Made by a program: the position numbers and the translations under genes
Virus record (IMG/VR): IMGVR_UViG_3300034107_000273
Coordinates: 32,001 to 96,000 of that record
Reading direction: 5' to 3' (one strand)
Length of the DNA stretch: 64,000 nucleotides
Source of the DNA: a virus
Part shown: positions 50,423 to 58,377 of the stretch, piece by piece
How the letters are laid out: every line of letters begins with the position of its first letter
How positions within the stretch are numbered: position 1 is the first letter of the stretch
Notes under the pieces: generated by a model
Database searches by the model: none
Told to the model about the DNA's origin: nothing
The model's input: the letters and a program-made list of their open reading frames with translations, nothing else

Positions 50423-50640
50423 TATCGTGTTACCACCATTCCTGTTTTGTAGAAAGTTTTTGTGTGCATTTTGCCTGAAGGTTCAGACAAGTTAATTGTT
50501 GAGTATTCATTAGCAAGTCCATGGTCAATAAACTTTTGATAAACTTCAACGGCAGATAGGCAATCGCTATAACGACCAACCCAAGTAGTAGTAGGGTCTG
50601 AGTCATAGGTACAAGTGACTGAGTATAGGTATTCGTTCAT
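50422..50640 (-). CDS. Hypothetical protein
   Basis: Coupled ORF. Confidence 0.6.
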   Translation of the reverse strand: MNEYLYSVTCTYDSDPTTTWVGRYSDCLSAVEVYQKFIDHGLANEYSTINLSEPSGKMHTKTFYKTGMVVTR

Positions 50641-50831
50641 TAGTTATTCTCCTTATAGTTTTCGTTCATTATACTTTCAGCATACCATGCACAGTATTCA
50701 TTTTCAAGCGACACGCCCTTGTTGCAATCGCAAAATTCTGAGTCGTATTCCTCGCCACCATTACCAAAAAAGAGGACACCCTCATCATGGCAATCAACGC
50801 AATCAACCAAAAAGTCTAGTAAGTTTCCCAT
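50640..50831 (-). CDS. Small Cys-rich protein
   Basis: CVDC...CDC. Confidence 0.6.
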   Translation of the reverse strand: MGNLLDFLVDCVDCHDEGVLFFGNGGEEYDSEFCDCNKGVSLENEYCAWYAESIMNENYKENN

Positions 50832-50835
50832 TTAT

Positions 50836-51045
50836 TTATTCTCCAATCTTTACGGCTACTGTAGCCCAAAAGTCTTTTATGCCACGTGTTGGCGATACCT
50901 GAATTGCATACGCCTCAAAGTCTGAGCCGTACCAAACTGAGTCACGCTTTTCAGCATGAACAACAACACCCTCATCATGGCGAGAGTGTGAGCGATAGTA
51001 TTTTCCTACTAGTAGGCTTTCTATTGTATAAGGTTTTGCTGACAT
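50836..51045 (-). CDS. Hypothetical protein
   Basis: First gene after the promoter at 51090. Confidence 0.6.
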   Translation of the reverse strand: MSAKPYTIESLLVGKYYRSHSRHDEGVVVHAEKRDSVWYGSDFEAYAIQVSPTRGIKDFWATVAVKIGE

Positions 51046-51273
51046 TAGCAACCTGCTTTCTTTTTGTTTATTTAACTTATTACTCTGTAATCCTATCATG
51101 CGAGGCAGACAAAAAACTAATTACTAGCGAGTAATCTTAAATAGTGAGACGCTCAGAAAATGTGAGAAAAATCACAACCACGTAAAGTTATCCACAAGAG
51201 CCTGTGGAAAACCCCCCGAGCTTTTTTATTTGAAAAGATCAAGCAGTTTTAAAACTTGCTTAGGTTTTTTATT

Positions 51274-51480
51274 TTATTTTAGTAAAGCGTGTAATTCTGG
51301 CAGTTGGCAAATTTCTTTTGTGCAAGCATCATAGAATTTATTTTCATCAAATCTAGGATTGTCTGCACTGAACCATTCACTGAATTCAAAAATTAAATCT
51401 TGAAAAGTTTTTAATTCAATTTCATTTGCAAACTGATTTAGAATTTTTGCAGTTTCAACGTAGTCTTTACGTGTCATCAT
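51274..51480 (-). CDS. Hypothetical protein
   Basis: MTRKDY...DNPRFD. Confidence 0.65.
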   Translation of the reverse strand: MMTRKDYVETAKILNQFANEIELKTFQDLIFEFSEWFSADNPRFDENKFYDACTKEICQLPELHALLK

Positions 51481-51640
51481 TATAGGCTCACCAATTTTTC
51501 TACATAGTGTGAAATTTGATTGTATGCATTAGCGCATTGATAACAATAAGTCTCAGTAGGAATTCCACCAAGCATTAGCGCATCAATTCCTGAATAAACC
51601 AACTCTGTTGAGTTGCAATTAATTACTTGACACTCTTTCA

Positions 51641-51844
51641 TTATTCTGCCACCTTTAGAATTGCGTATGAGCCATTTTTATTTATTTCATCAAGAATAGG
51701 TTGCAAGCGTGAGCCAACCAATTCCTTTAGCATTTCTTCAAGCATTTGGACTTGCTCTTGCTTAGGAAGTGCAGCCATTGCCAGTGTGATAGGGTGTCCT
51801 GATTTGAATTCTGTTACGAATTTTAGATTATGTTCAACGTTCAT
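51641..51844 (-). CDS. Hypothetical protein
   Basis: ORF in operon context. Confidence 0.55.
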   Translation of the reverse strand: MNVEHNLKFVTEFKSGHPITLAMAALPKQEQVQMLEEMLKELVGSRLQPILDEINKNGSYAILKVAE

Positions 51845-51863
51845 TTATTTTATTTCCTATTCT

Positions 51864-52061
51864 TTAGTTTGAGTTAGTAAGTGTGCGAGTGCCACGTAGT
51901 GTTCCTGTAACACCTAGGGCATCACAAGATAGTTTTACAGATACGCCAACAGGTAATTGTGTTGGGTATTGTGAGATGAATTGAGCAACAGCACCTTGTG
52001 AGGCGAAGTTGATTTTTTTTGTTGAACCTGAAAAGGTTTCTAGTGTTACAGTGTAAGTCAT
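51864..52061 (-). CDS. Hypothetical protein
   Basis: GGGAG SD; own promoter. Confidence 0.6.
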   Translation of the reverse strand: MTYTVTLETFSGSTKKINFASQGAVAQFISQYPTQLPVGVSVKLSCDALGVTGTLRGTRTLTNSN

Positions 52062-53896
52062 TAAGTGACTCCCTTTCGTTTGTTTGATAAGACTATCTTA
52101 CCATTTGGGGCTGACAAATTAGGGCATTTATTTGCTAGGCTCATTGTGATTTGCATCACACTTATTTGCTAGGCTCACTGCCTTATTTATCTTTATTTAA
52201 TTGTTATACCTACAAGGGTACCAGATAAGTTTCAGGAAGTCAAAACGACACGCCGTAAAATGGGAAAAAATTTGTGTGACCTTAAACACATAAGTTATAC
52301 ACAGCCTGTGGAAAACGCCTCGGGCCGTTTTTTATGCATGGATCTGAATTTTTATAAATTAGATTTCCAATAAATAAAACCAAACACAATCATTGCAATC
52401 ATTACAACCAACATTTTTTATTCTCTTTCTAATTCTGTGTAATCAACAACAACAAAATCAAGTCGTTCCAATGGAATAACTTTTAACCAAGATAGTGCAG
52501 ACTCAAAGTTATCATCCTCAATGGTGACGGATAAATCAAAATTAAAAACTGGCATTATTTATTCTCCTTATAAAGAAAGTCCCACGCCTTACGGCATAAC
52601 ACAATTGAATTGCAATTGTCACAACAGATAACACCATGCTCATTTAATTCTAAATCATACATGTCAATCATGGCAGTTACTGCACCACATACAGATTTTA
52701 CAGGCACATAGGTACTCATTATTTCTCACACTCACATTCTAAAGCAGATAGGTCAAAGTCGCAATGCTTGCAACCTTGAAACAAAAAGTGTTCATTGCAA
52801 TAAATTGCAGTTTGCATTTCCTCGCAACACAAGAATTGTTTTGTGCCACGCAAAAAGACATTTGTTAAAGACATAGGGAAAAGGACAAGTGTAGGGGTAC
52901 TCATTAGTTACTCACATACCAATCTGTCCATGTAGGGAATTGTTCAGGGTCACTATCATAGTAGTAACGCTCAATGTTATTTTCACAATCCATGCAGAAA
53001 GTAAATTGTTCATCTCCAATTTCAGAGATAGCGGAAAGCATAGGTTTATGCTCATGTGTTTTTGTTAATGTAGTCATTTTATGACCACCTTTCTTTAGCG
53101 GATTTCTTTACCACTTTTATTTTCTTATACTGCAAGTATAGCCTATAAGTCTGACATTTATCAACCTACTAGCCAGTAATTCCAGATAGTGAGACGCTCA
53201 AGTAATGTGATAAAGGACACACTTACTTAAAGTTATCCACAGAAGTTATCCACAGGCGCCCCGAGCAAAAAATCGCAGCTTTTTATTTCTGCGATCTTTT
53301 TTTATTTATAAATTACTTTGCGAATAAATAAAACCAAAAACAATAAATGCAATCATCACAACTAACAATTTATTTCTCCTCAATTTCATCTAGTAGATCC
53401 CATAGTGCAGTTTCTAATTCTTTAGAAACTAAATCTAATTTTTCTTGTAGTGTTTTCATTCTGCATTCTCCAATTCATTTATGTCTGCGACATAGACATT
53501 GTTTTTATTTATTCCATAGTTTAATTGGAATTCAAATACAGTGATAGCCTCATCATAGGAATCAGCCTCAACGTTTATGAAAGTATTAAATTCAAATGTA
53601 GCCATTCTTTATTCTCCCTTTATAGTGTTTTTCCGCAGTGGTTACAAGGTTTTCCTTGGTGGTCTATGCTAAGGGCATCATAGTTTGTGCCCTTCCAACA
53701 ATGGTGGCATACGATTACAAAGTCCATTATTCTGTTACCGCCTTATCTGTTATCATTTTAAGAATTAACTGTAACTGTTCTGTAGTTAGTAGTGCTTGAG
53801 CGCAACCCCAAGCAAATGAAAGCGCAAGCGCACTATCTCCATAGTGCTCATTAGCAAGAGTGTTTATCTCTTGCGTTATCTCAAAATTAGTTTTCA

Positions 53897-53992
53897 TTAT
53901 TTATTTTCTTCTTTCTTTAGTAGTGATAGGGCAAGGGCAAGACTTTGCTTGCGCTGGGCTTCTACGTGAGCCTTGTATTCTTCAAGTGTCAT
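53897..53992 (-). CDS. 31-aa microprotein, copy 1
   Basis: MTLEEYKAHVEAQRKQSLALALSLLKKEENK; GAAAGG SD. Confidence 0.7.
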   Translation of the reverse strand: MTLEEYKAHVEAQRKQSLALALSLLKKEENK

Positions 53993-54243
53993 TTATCTGA
54001 CCTTTCTTTTTCTTTATACTGTAATTGTAGCATGGGGGTCTGACAAATTGGGGGATATCCATGGGCGTGTCGTAGAATTATTTTTGTGATGTTGGTCACA
54101 AACGGCCCGAGCAAAATTTGCAGCTGTTACACTGCAAATCTTTTTTTACTTATTGCCAAACATGTTAAATATTTCATCAACCTGTTCATCAGTTAAGTGA
54201 TCTAACTGAATTGCTTTTTCAAATTCAAAGAAATCTTTTTCCA

Positions 54244-54438
54244 TTATTCTGTTTCCTCGTTTTCTTCTAGTGCATCTTGAAAGTCATAGAGTGCCTCATT
54301 GTATGCGATTGGGTCGCACTCTTTTAGTATTTGCGAAGGGTAAAAAGTTAATTGTCCTATAGTTACAACAGGATAAGAATCATCTAGCATTTCATCAAAT
54401 AATTCTTTACTAGCGAAAGCCATTTCAAAATCTAACAT
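54244..54438 (-). CDS. Acidic phage hypothetical protein
   Basis: FDEMLD...PSQILKECDPIAY. Confidence 0.65.
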   Translation of the reverse strand: MLDFEMAFASKELFDEMLDDSYPVVTIGQLTFYPSQILKECDPIAYNEALYDFQDALEENEETE

Positions 54439-54584
54439 TAGTTTTCTTCTTTCTGTAGTAGGTAAGTATTAGTTAGGGAACGATTATTATTTGAGAACAT
54501 AGACTCTATAACCGCTTTATCTTTTAGTGATTGAGCAATTCTTTTATCTTGTTGCTCTTTTAGAATTCTATCAAATGTGCTCAT
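54438..54584 (-). CDS. 48-aa protein, copy 1
   Basis: MSTFDRILKEQ...SMFSN...YLLQKEEN; paralog at 55414. Confidence 0.7.
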   Translation of the reverse strand: MSTFDRILKEQQDKRIAQSLKDKAVIESMFSNNNRSLTNTYLLQKEEN

Positions 54585-54676
54585 TTGTCTGAGCCTTTCT
54601 TTAGTAGGGACATGGCTTGCAAGGTGCTTGCCTTGCGTTGCGCCTCAACGTGCGCCTTGTATTCTTCTAGTGTCAT
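54581..54676 (-). CDS. 31-aa microprotein, copy 2
   Basis: MTLEEYKAHVEAQRKASTLQAMSLLKKGSDK. Confidence 0.7.
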   Translation of the reverse strand: MTLEEYKAHVEAQRKASTLQAMSLLKKGSDK

Positions 54677-55413
54677 TTATTTAACGACCTTTCTTGTTGT
54701 TTATACTAGCAATTCTAGCATGGGGGTCTGACAAATTAGCCTATTTGTTAGGGTGTGTCGTGTGTGACCTTAGTCACGCCACAGGAATGGATTACCTGTA
54801 GCCTCATAGCCGTCACGCCATGAACAGCGAGGATAGACAGTGTGACTAGAAACATAGCCACACTCTGGGCAGATAACGTTTGCTAGTCGTGAGCGCATGG
54901 TTTCATAGCCCTCTGCATTTCTATTTTCAAACAGTGAGTTCATTTGGAACTCCTTTCTTTATTTTCTTTATACTAGTATTCTAGCACCTACCACTGACAA
55001 ATTTGGAGATTTTTTGGGCGTGTCGTAGAACTATTTTTGTGATCCTCATCACATGGCCCCCGAGGCGTGTGAGCGACATCACATGCGACACGCCGTGTTT
55101 AGATTTGCTTTTGTCAGTCCTAACTGTTATACTTGCAGTATTAGATAGTTAAAGTATAACTACTAAACGAAAGGTCACTAACATGAACCCATTTACAGCA
55201 CTACAAGATTTCCTAGATGAGAATGTCGCTTACGGACTAATTGGAGCCTTCATAGGCGTAGCAGTAGCCGTTATCCTATGCCTTACGCTTGGAGCGTGAC
55301 ACACATCACACAACGCCAACGGCGTGTCGCCTTGACTTTTCAGGGTATGTATGATACCCTTACAGGTATAACAATTAAATAAGATTAACTAACTAACAAG
55401 AAAGGTGTTCAGA

Positions 55414-55560
55414 ATGAATACACTAGAAAGAATACAGAAAGAGCAAGCAGAAAAGCGTGCTATACAATCTATCAAGGACAAGGCTATTGTTGCCTCAATG
55501 TTTTCTAATACAAATCGTCCATTAAACAATCAGTACCTACTAGGTAAAGAGGAAAACTAA
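55414..55560 (+). CDS. 48-aa protein, copy 2
   Basis: MNTLERIQKEQ...SMFSN...YLLGKEEN; GAAAGG SD. Confidence 0.7.
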   Translation: MNTLERIQKEQAEKRAIQSIKDKAIVASMFSNTNRPLNNQYLLGKEEN

Positions 55561-55677
55561 GTGTTTATTATTGACATGATTACAAATTTTATTGAAGAGT
55601 ACGCTATGGTTATAGTTATCTCATCAGTATGCATTATCCCTACTATTATCTACTACATCAACAATTAAGGAAAACTA

Positions 55678-55872
55678 ATGTCACTATCACTAATAAACAA
55701 AATCAATGTTGGAAAACTGTTTATCTCCAACGACCATATGTATCTTGTTAAAGAGGTATTAGAGGTAAATGATGAACACGAATCAGTAACTGCAACACTT
55801 ACTAACTATAAAGGTGAGGAAGTGTTTTTTTGTGGTGGGTTTTCTCAATGGTTTGAAGGGTTGGTTAAATAA
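55678..55872 (+). CDS. Hypothetical protein
   Basis: AAGGA SD. Confidence 0.55.
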   Translation: MSLSLINKINVGKLFISNDHMYLVKEVLEVNDEHESVTATLTNYKGEEVFFCGGFSQWFEGLVK

Positions 55873-56331
55873 ATGAGTGCCATGTACGCACACACATGCG
55901 AGGCGTGTGGGGATACAGGTATTATTATTTTTGATGAGGGCACCACACGCATAGACCCTTGCAAGTGCTAAAAGGGTACTAGTACTAATTAAAAAGCTGG
56001 TACTAGATGGATCTAAGTGGTGGGCATACATATGGTGTGCTCACTATTTTTTTCTATTTATTTTTTCATATACATGTATCATACACAAATAGAAAATATT
56101 CAGATTTTCTCAAAACCAAAATTATTCAGATTTTCAGAAAATGCGGTATACTAAATACATGGCCATACTAGATAACGTAGATAACGATACATATCCACTA
56201 TTTGAAACAGAACCGTCTTCCCTGAGTGTAAAGATATTTTCAGAAACGGTTTGTAAAGATTGTGAACATTCACCTATGTCAAATACTGACAATATGGGTA
56301 GAGAAAAATTTTGGGAATATTCACAAACCCC

Positions 56332-56517
56332 TTAAGCGATAAAACCTTCTTCTTTCATTCTATCGTAAAGGTTTGACATCAATAAGCCAAGGCTTGGCTG
56401 ACTCATTTGAATAGAAGACTCTGCATCTTCCTTAGACATTCCTGAACGCTCACATAGTTCACGATTATCGTTATTAACGCTATTGATCATAAATGCTATT
56501 ACTTCTTGTTGATTCAT
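56332..56517 (-). CDS. Hypothetical protein
   Basis: ORF in operon context. Confidence 0.55.
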   Translation of the reverse strand: MNQQEVIAFMINSVNNDNRELCERSGMSKEDAESSIQMSQPSLGLLMSNLYDRMKEEGFIA

Positions 56518-56521
56518 TTTT

Positions 56522-56719
56522 TCACCATTTCTCTATAGGACATTTTGCTTTTTCTAATTTAGTTTTTAGCTTCATAAAGCAACCACACTTCTTGCAAGTC
56601 TGATTTCCTTTACGAAAGAATTCACATGTTCTGCATATTGCCAAACGGTATTCTTCAAGTTCTTCTGGACTTCTAGGAGATCCATTAATAAGATCCCAAG
56701 GCTTTACATCATCACTCAC
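56522..56719 (-). CDS. DUF6171-like Cys-rich protein
   Basis: RLAICRTC...CKKCGCFM...CPIEKW. Confidence 0.7.
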   Translation of the reverse strand: MSDDVKPWDLINGSPRSPEELEEYRLAICRTCEFFRKGNQTCKKCGCFMKLKTKLEKAKCPIEKW

Positions 56720-57345
56720 AATATCTCCAATTTGGACGGTATATCAATGATATCACAAGAGACTGTAGTCCATAACTGATGAGACATAGTAGGACGTATA
56801 GTAGCAGACATACCTGGTATCTCCATTACATATTTGTAGCCTTTTCCATGCTTAGATTCTTTTCTTGACCAATGCTCAAAACCATAATCTAATTTGGATG
56901 CTTCAAATACAAATAGATAATACGTCTTAGTCTCAATTTTGGACGGTATATGAGACCAATCCTGGTCTGCTTTGGCTAAACACACATACCAATCAGCATG
57001 TGTAGATGAAACACTCTCAACCATTTTCTCTAATGTTTCGTGTTTGCCTAGCCTAGATCCAGATATAACCAATGTAGCCTTCTCTGGGTCATATCTTCCT
57101 GACTTGACGGATATACTCTCTCCTGACTCCAAAGTCATGTCTATACTGACGCTATGGCTTCTATCAGGCTTCCAGTCATTTGGCATACCGTTTTCATTTA
57201 GGGTATCTGAGACTAGCTCTTCTAAATACTCACTTGTACAAGGTAATCTATATACCGAATGATGGATTGCCAGCTTTTCTAGCAAACCACCAATTAGAAT
57301 ATTTTTGAGTTTATCACGCATAATAGAATCCATTGTATCAGACAT
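56716..57345 (-). CDS. Putative restriction-endonuclease-fold protein
   Basis: EE...D-x9-SVKS arrangement resembling a PD-(D/E)XK core. Confidence 0.4.
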   Translation of the reverse strand: MSDTMDSIMRDKLKNILIGGLLEKLAIHHSVYRLPCTSEYLEELVSDTLNENGMPNDWKPDRSHSVSIDMTLESGESISVKSGRYDPEKATLVISGSRLGKHETLEKMVESVSSTHADWYVCLAKADQDWSHIPSKIETKTYYLFVFEASKLDYGFEHWSRKESKHGKGYKYVMEIPGMSATIRPTMSHQLWTTVSCDIIDIPSKLEIL

Positions 57346-57471
57346 GCTTGGATGGTGTCAATCCATATGTGTCTAAGGGATGGTTTGTATAACCTCTATT
57401 TCGGCGACGATTTAAGTGCCCCGCCCGAACTTAAAAGATAATTTAGTTTAGAATAATGGTATAATCTTTGC

Positions 57472-57753
57472 ATGACATTACATTCCCTAACCACACTAAG
57501 CAGCTCAACTGCTACACTTCTAACTCCAAACGGAACTCACAGCGGATTGGACATTACTGTTCAAAATGTTGATGCATCAGCATATGTATATGTTGGTGGA
57601 GAAGGTGTTACTTCAACTAATTATGGATATCGCTTAGCACCAGCTGCAGCACTTTCTATTGAGCTGCCAGGAAAAGATGCACTCTATGCAATAACAAGTG
57701 TTAATGGTTCCAAGATTGCAGTACTTAAGACAAACCTAGAGTCAGGTAATTAA
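57472..57753 (+). CDS. Small beta-rich virion-type protein
   Basis: ITVQN...VYVGG.GVT...GY.L; leaderless. Confidence 0.6.
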   Translation: MTLHSLTTLSSSTATLLTPNGTHSGLDITVQNVDASAYVYVGGEGVTSTNYGYRLAPAAALSIELPGKDALYAITSVNGSKIAVLKTNLESGN

Positions 57754-57755
57754 TA

Positions 57756-58340
57756 ATGGCACGTTTTACACAGATCGGCGAGCCTGGACCACAGGGGCCA
57801 GAGGGTCCTTCAGGTGCTGGATTTAGCACATACTTAGTTCGCAATAATACTGGATCAACAATTTTAAAAGGAACTTTAGTTTCTGCTGTAGATGCAGAGC
57901 CAAGCGGTAGAATTGATGTTGAACCATTTGCTGCTGTCGGAGGTTTAGATTCAGAGTTACGTGTAATGGGTATAGTTATGGATAACCTTTCAACAGGAAT
58001 TAACGGAACTGTCATGAGTCTGGGAACACTAACTGGATTAGATACTAGAGGAACATCTGCTAGCGGATTGTCAGTAGGAGATGAAACCTGGGCAGAAGGA
58101 GATATACTTTTTGCACATCCTGCAGTTGCAGGAAAACTTACTAAGGTAAGACCACAACATGATTTGCCAGTTGCTTTTATTACAATTCGCCATGCATCTT
58201 CAGGACAAATTGCAATTAGAATTGTTCCAGGAAATCATCATTTAGAGTGGCTACATGATGTTCAAATAACAAATCCTCAAAATGGTGATGTTTTAAAATT
58301 TAATAGTTCTTTGGGACTTTGGACTAATGTTGCAGAATAA
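57756..58340 (+). CDS. Fibre/decoration-type protein
   Basis: Short collagen run, VRNNTGSTILKG, LHDVQITNPQNGDVL. Confidence 0.6.
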   Translation: MARFTQIGEPGPQGPEGPSGAGFSTYLVRNNTGSTILKGTLVSAVDAEPSGRIDVEPFAAVGGLDSELRVMGIVMDNLSTGINGTVMSLGTLTGLDTRGTSASGLSVGDETWAEGDILFAHPAVAGKLTKVRPQHDLPVAFITIRHASSGQIAIRIVPGNHHLEWLHDVQITNPQNGDVLKFNSSLGLWTNVAE

Positions 58341-58377
58341 ATTAATTAGTCTTAAATAATGATATAATAATCTTATT

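Larger units (their letters stand above)
45348..51268 (-). ncRNA. Six further copies of the compact pseudoknot motif
   Basis: 45348-45376, 46583-46610, 47762-47789, 47825-47852, 48375-48402, 51240-51268; covarying stems. Confidence 0.7.
51188..53254. promoter_or_regulatory. Three pairs of DnaA boxes
   Basis: TTATCCACA at 51188, 53233, 53246; TTATACACA at 52295; TGTGGAAAA at 51203, 52307. Confidence 0.7.
42355..55064. repeat. Ten dispersed CCCGAG/CTCGGG junction sites
   Basis: 42355, 45249, 46543, 47747, 49710, 51215, 52319, 53260, 54106, 55059. Confidence 0.8.
46436..55133. promoter_or_regulatory. PafBC/RecA-NDp-type promoters TGTCAG-N10-TANNNT
   Basis: 11 exact and 2 variant copies, each upstream of a gene start and on the gene's strand. 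Confidence 0.8.
44448..55310. promoter_or_regulatory. 15 CRP/GlxR-type boxes TGTGA-N6-TCACA
   Basis: 8 perfect and 7 one-mismatch copies upstream of early promoters. Confidence 0.8.

Noticed and set aside
42355-55064. Classical integron attC sites or a shufflon
   Set aside because: No GTTRRRY/RYYYAAC ends or long hairpins, and no recombinase in the window
46436-55133. TTGTCA read as an ordinary -35 box
   Set aside because: It lies only 11 bp from the -10, and a separate -35 exists at 17 bp in at least one case (TTGCTT at 55105)
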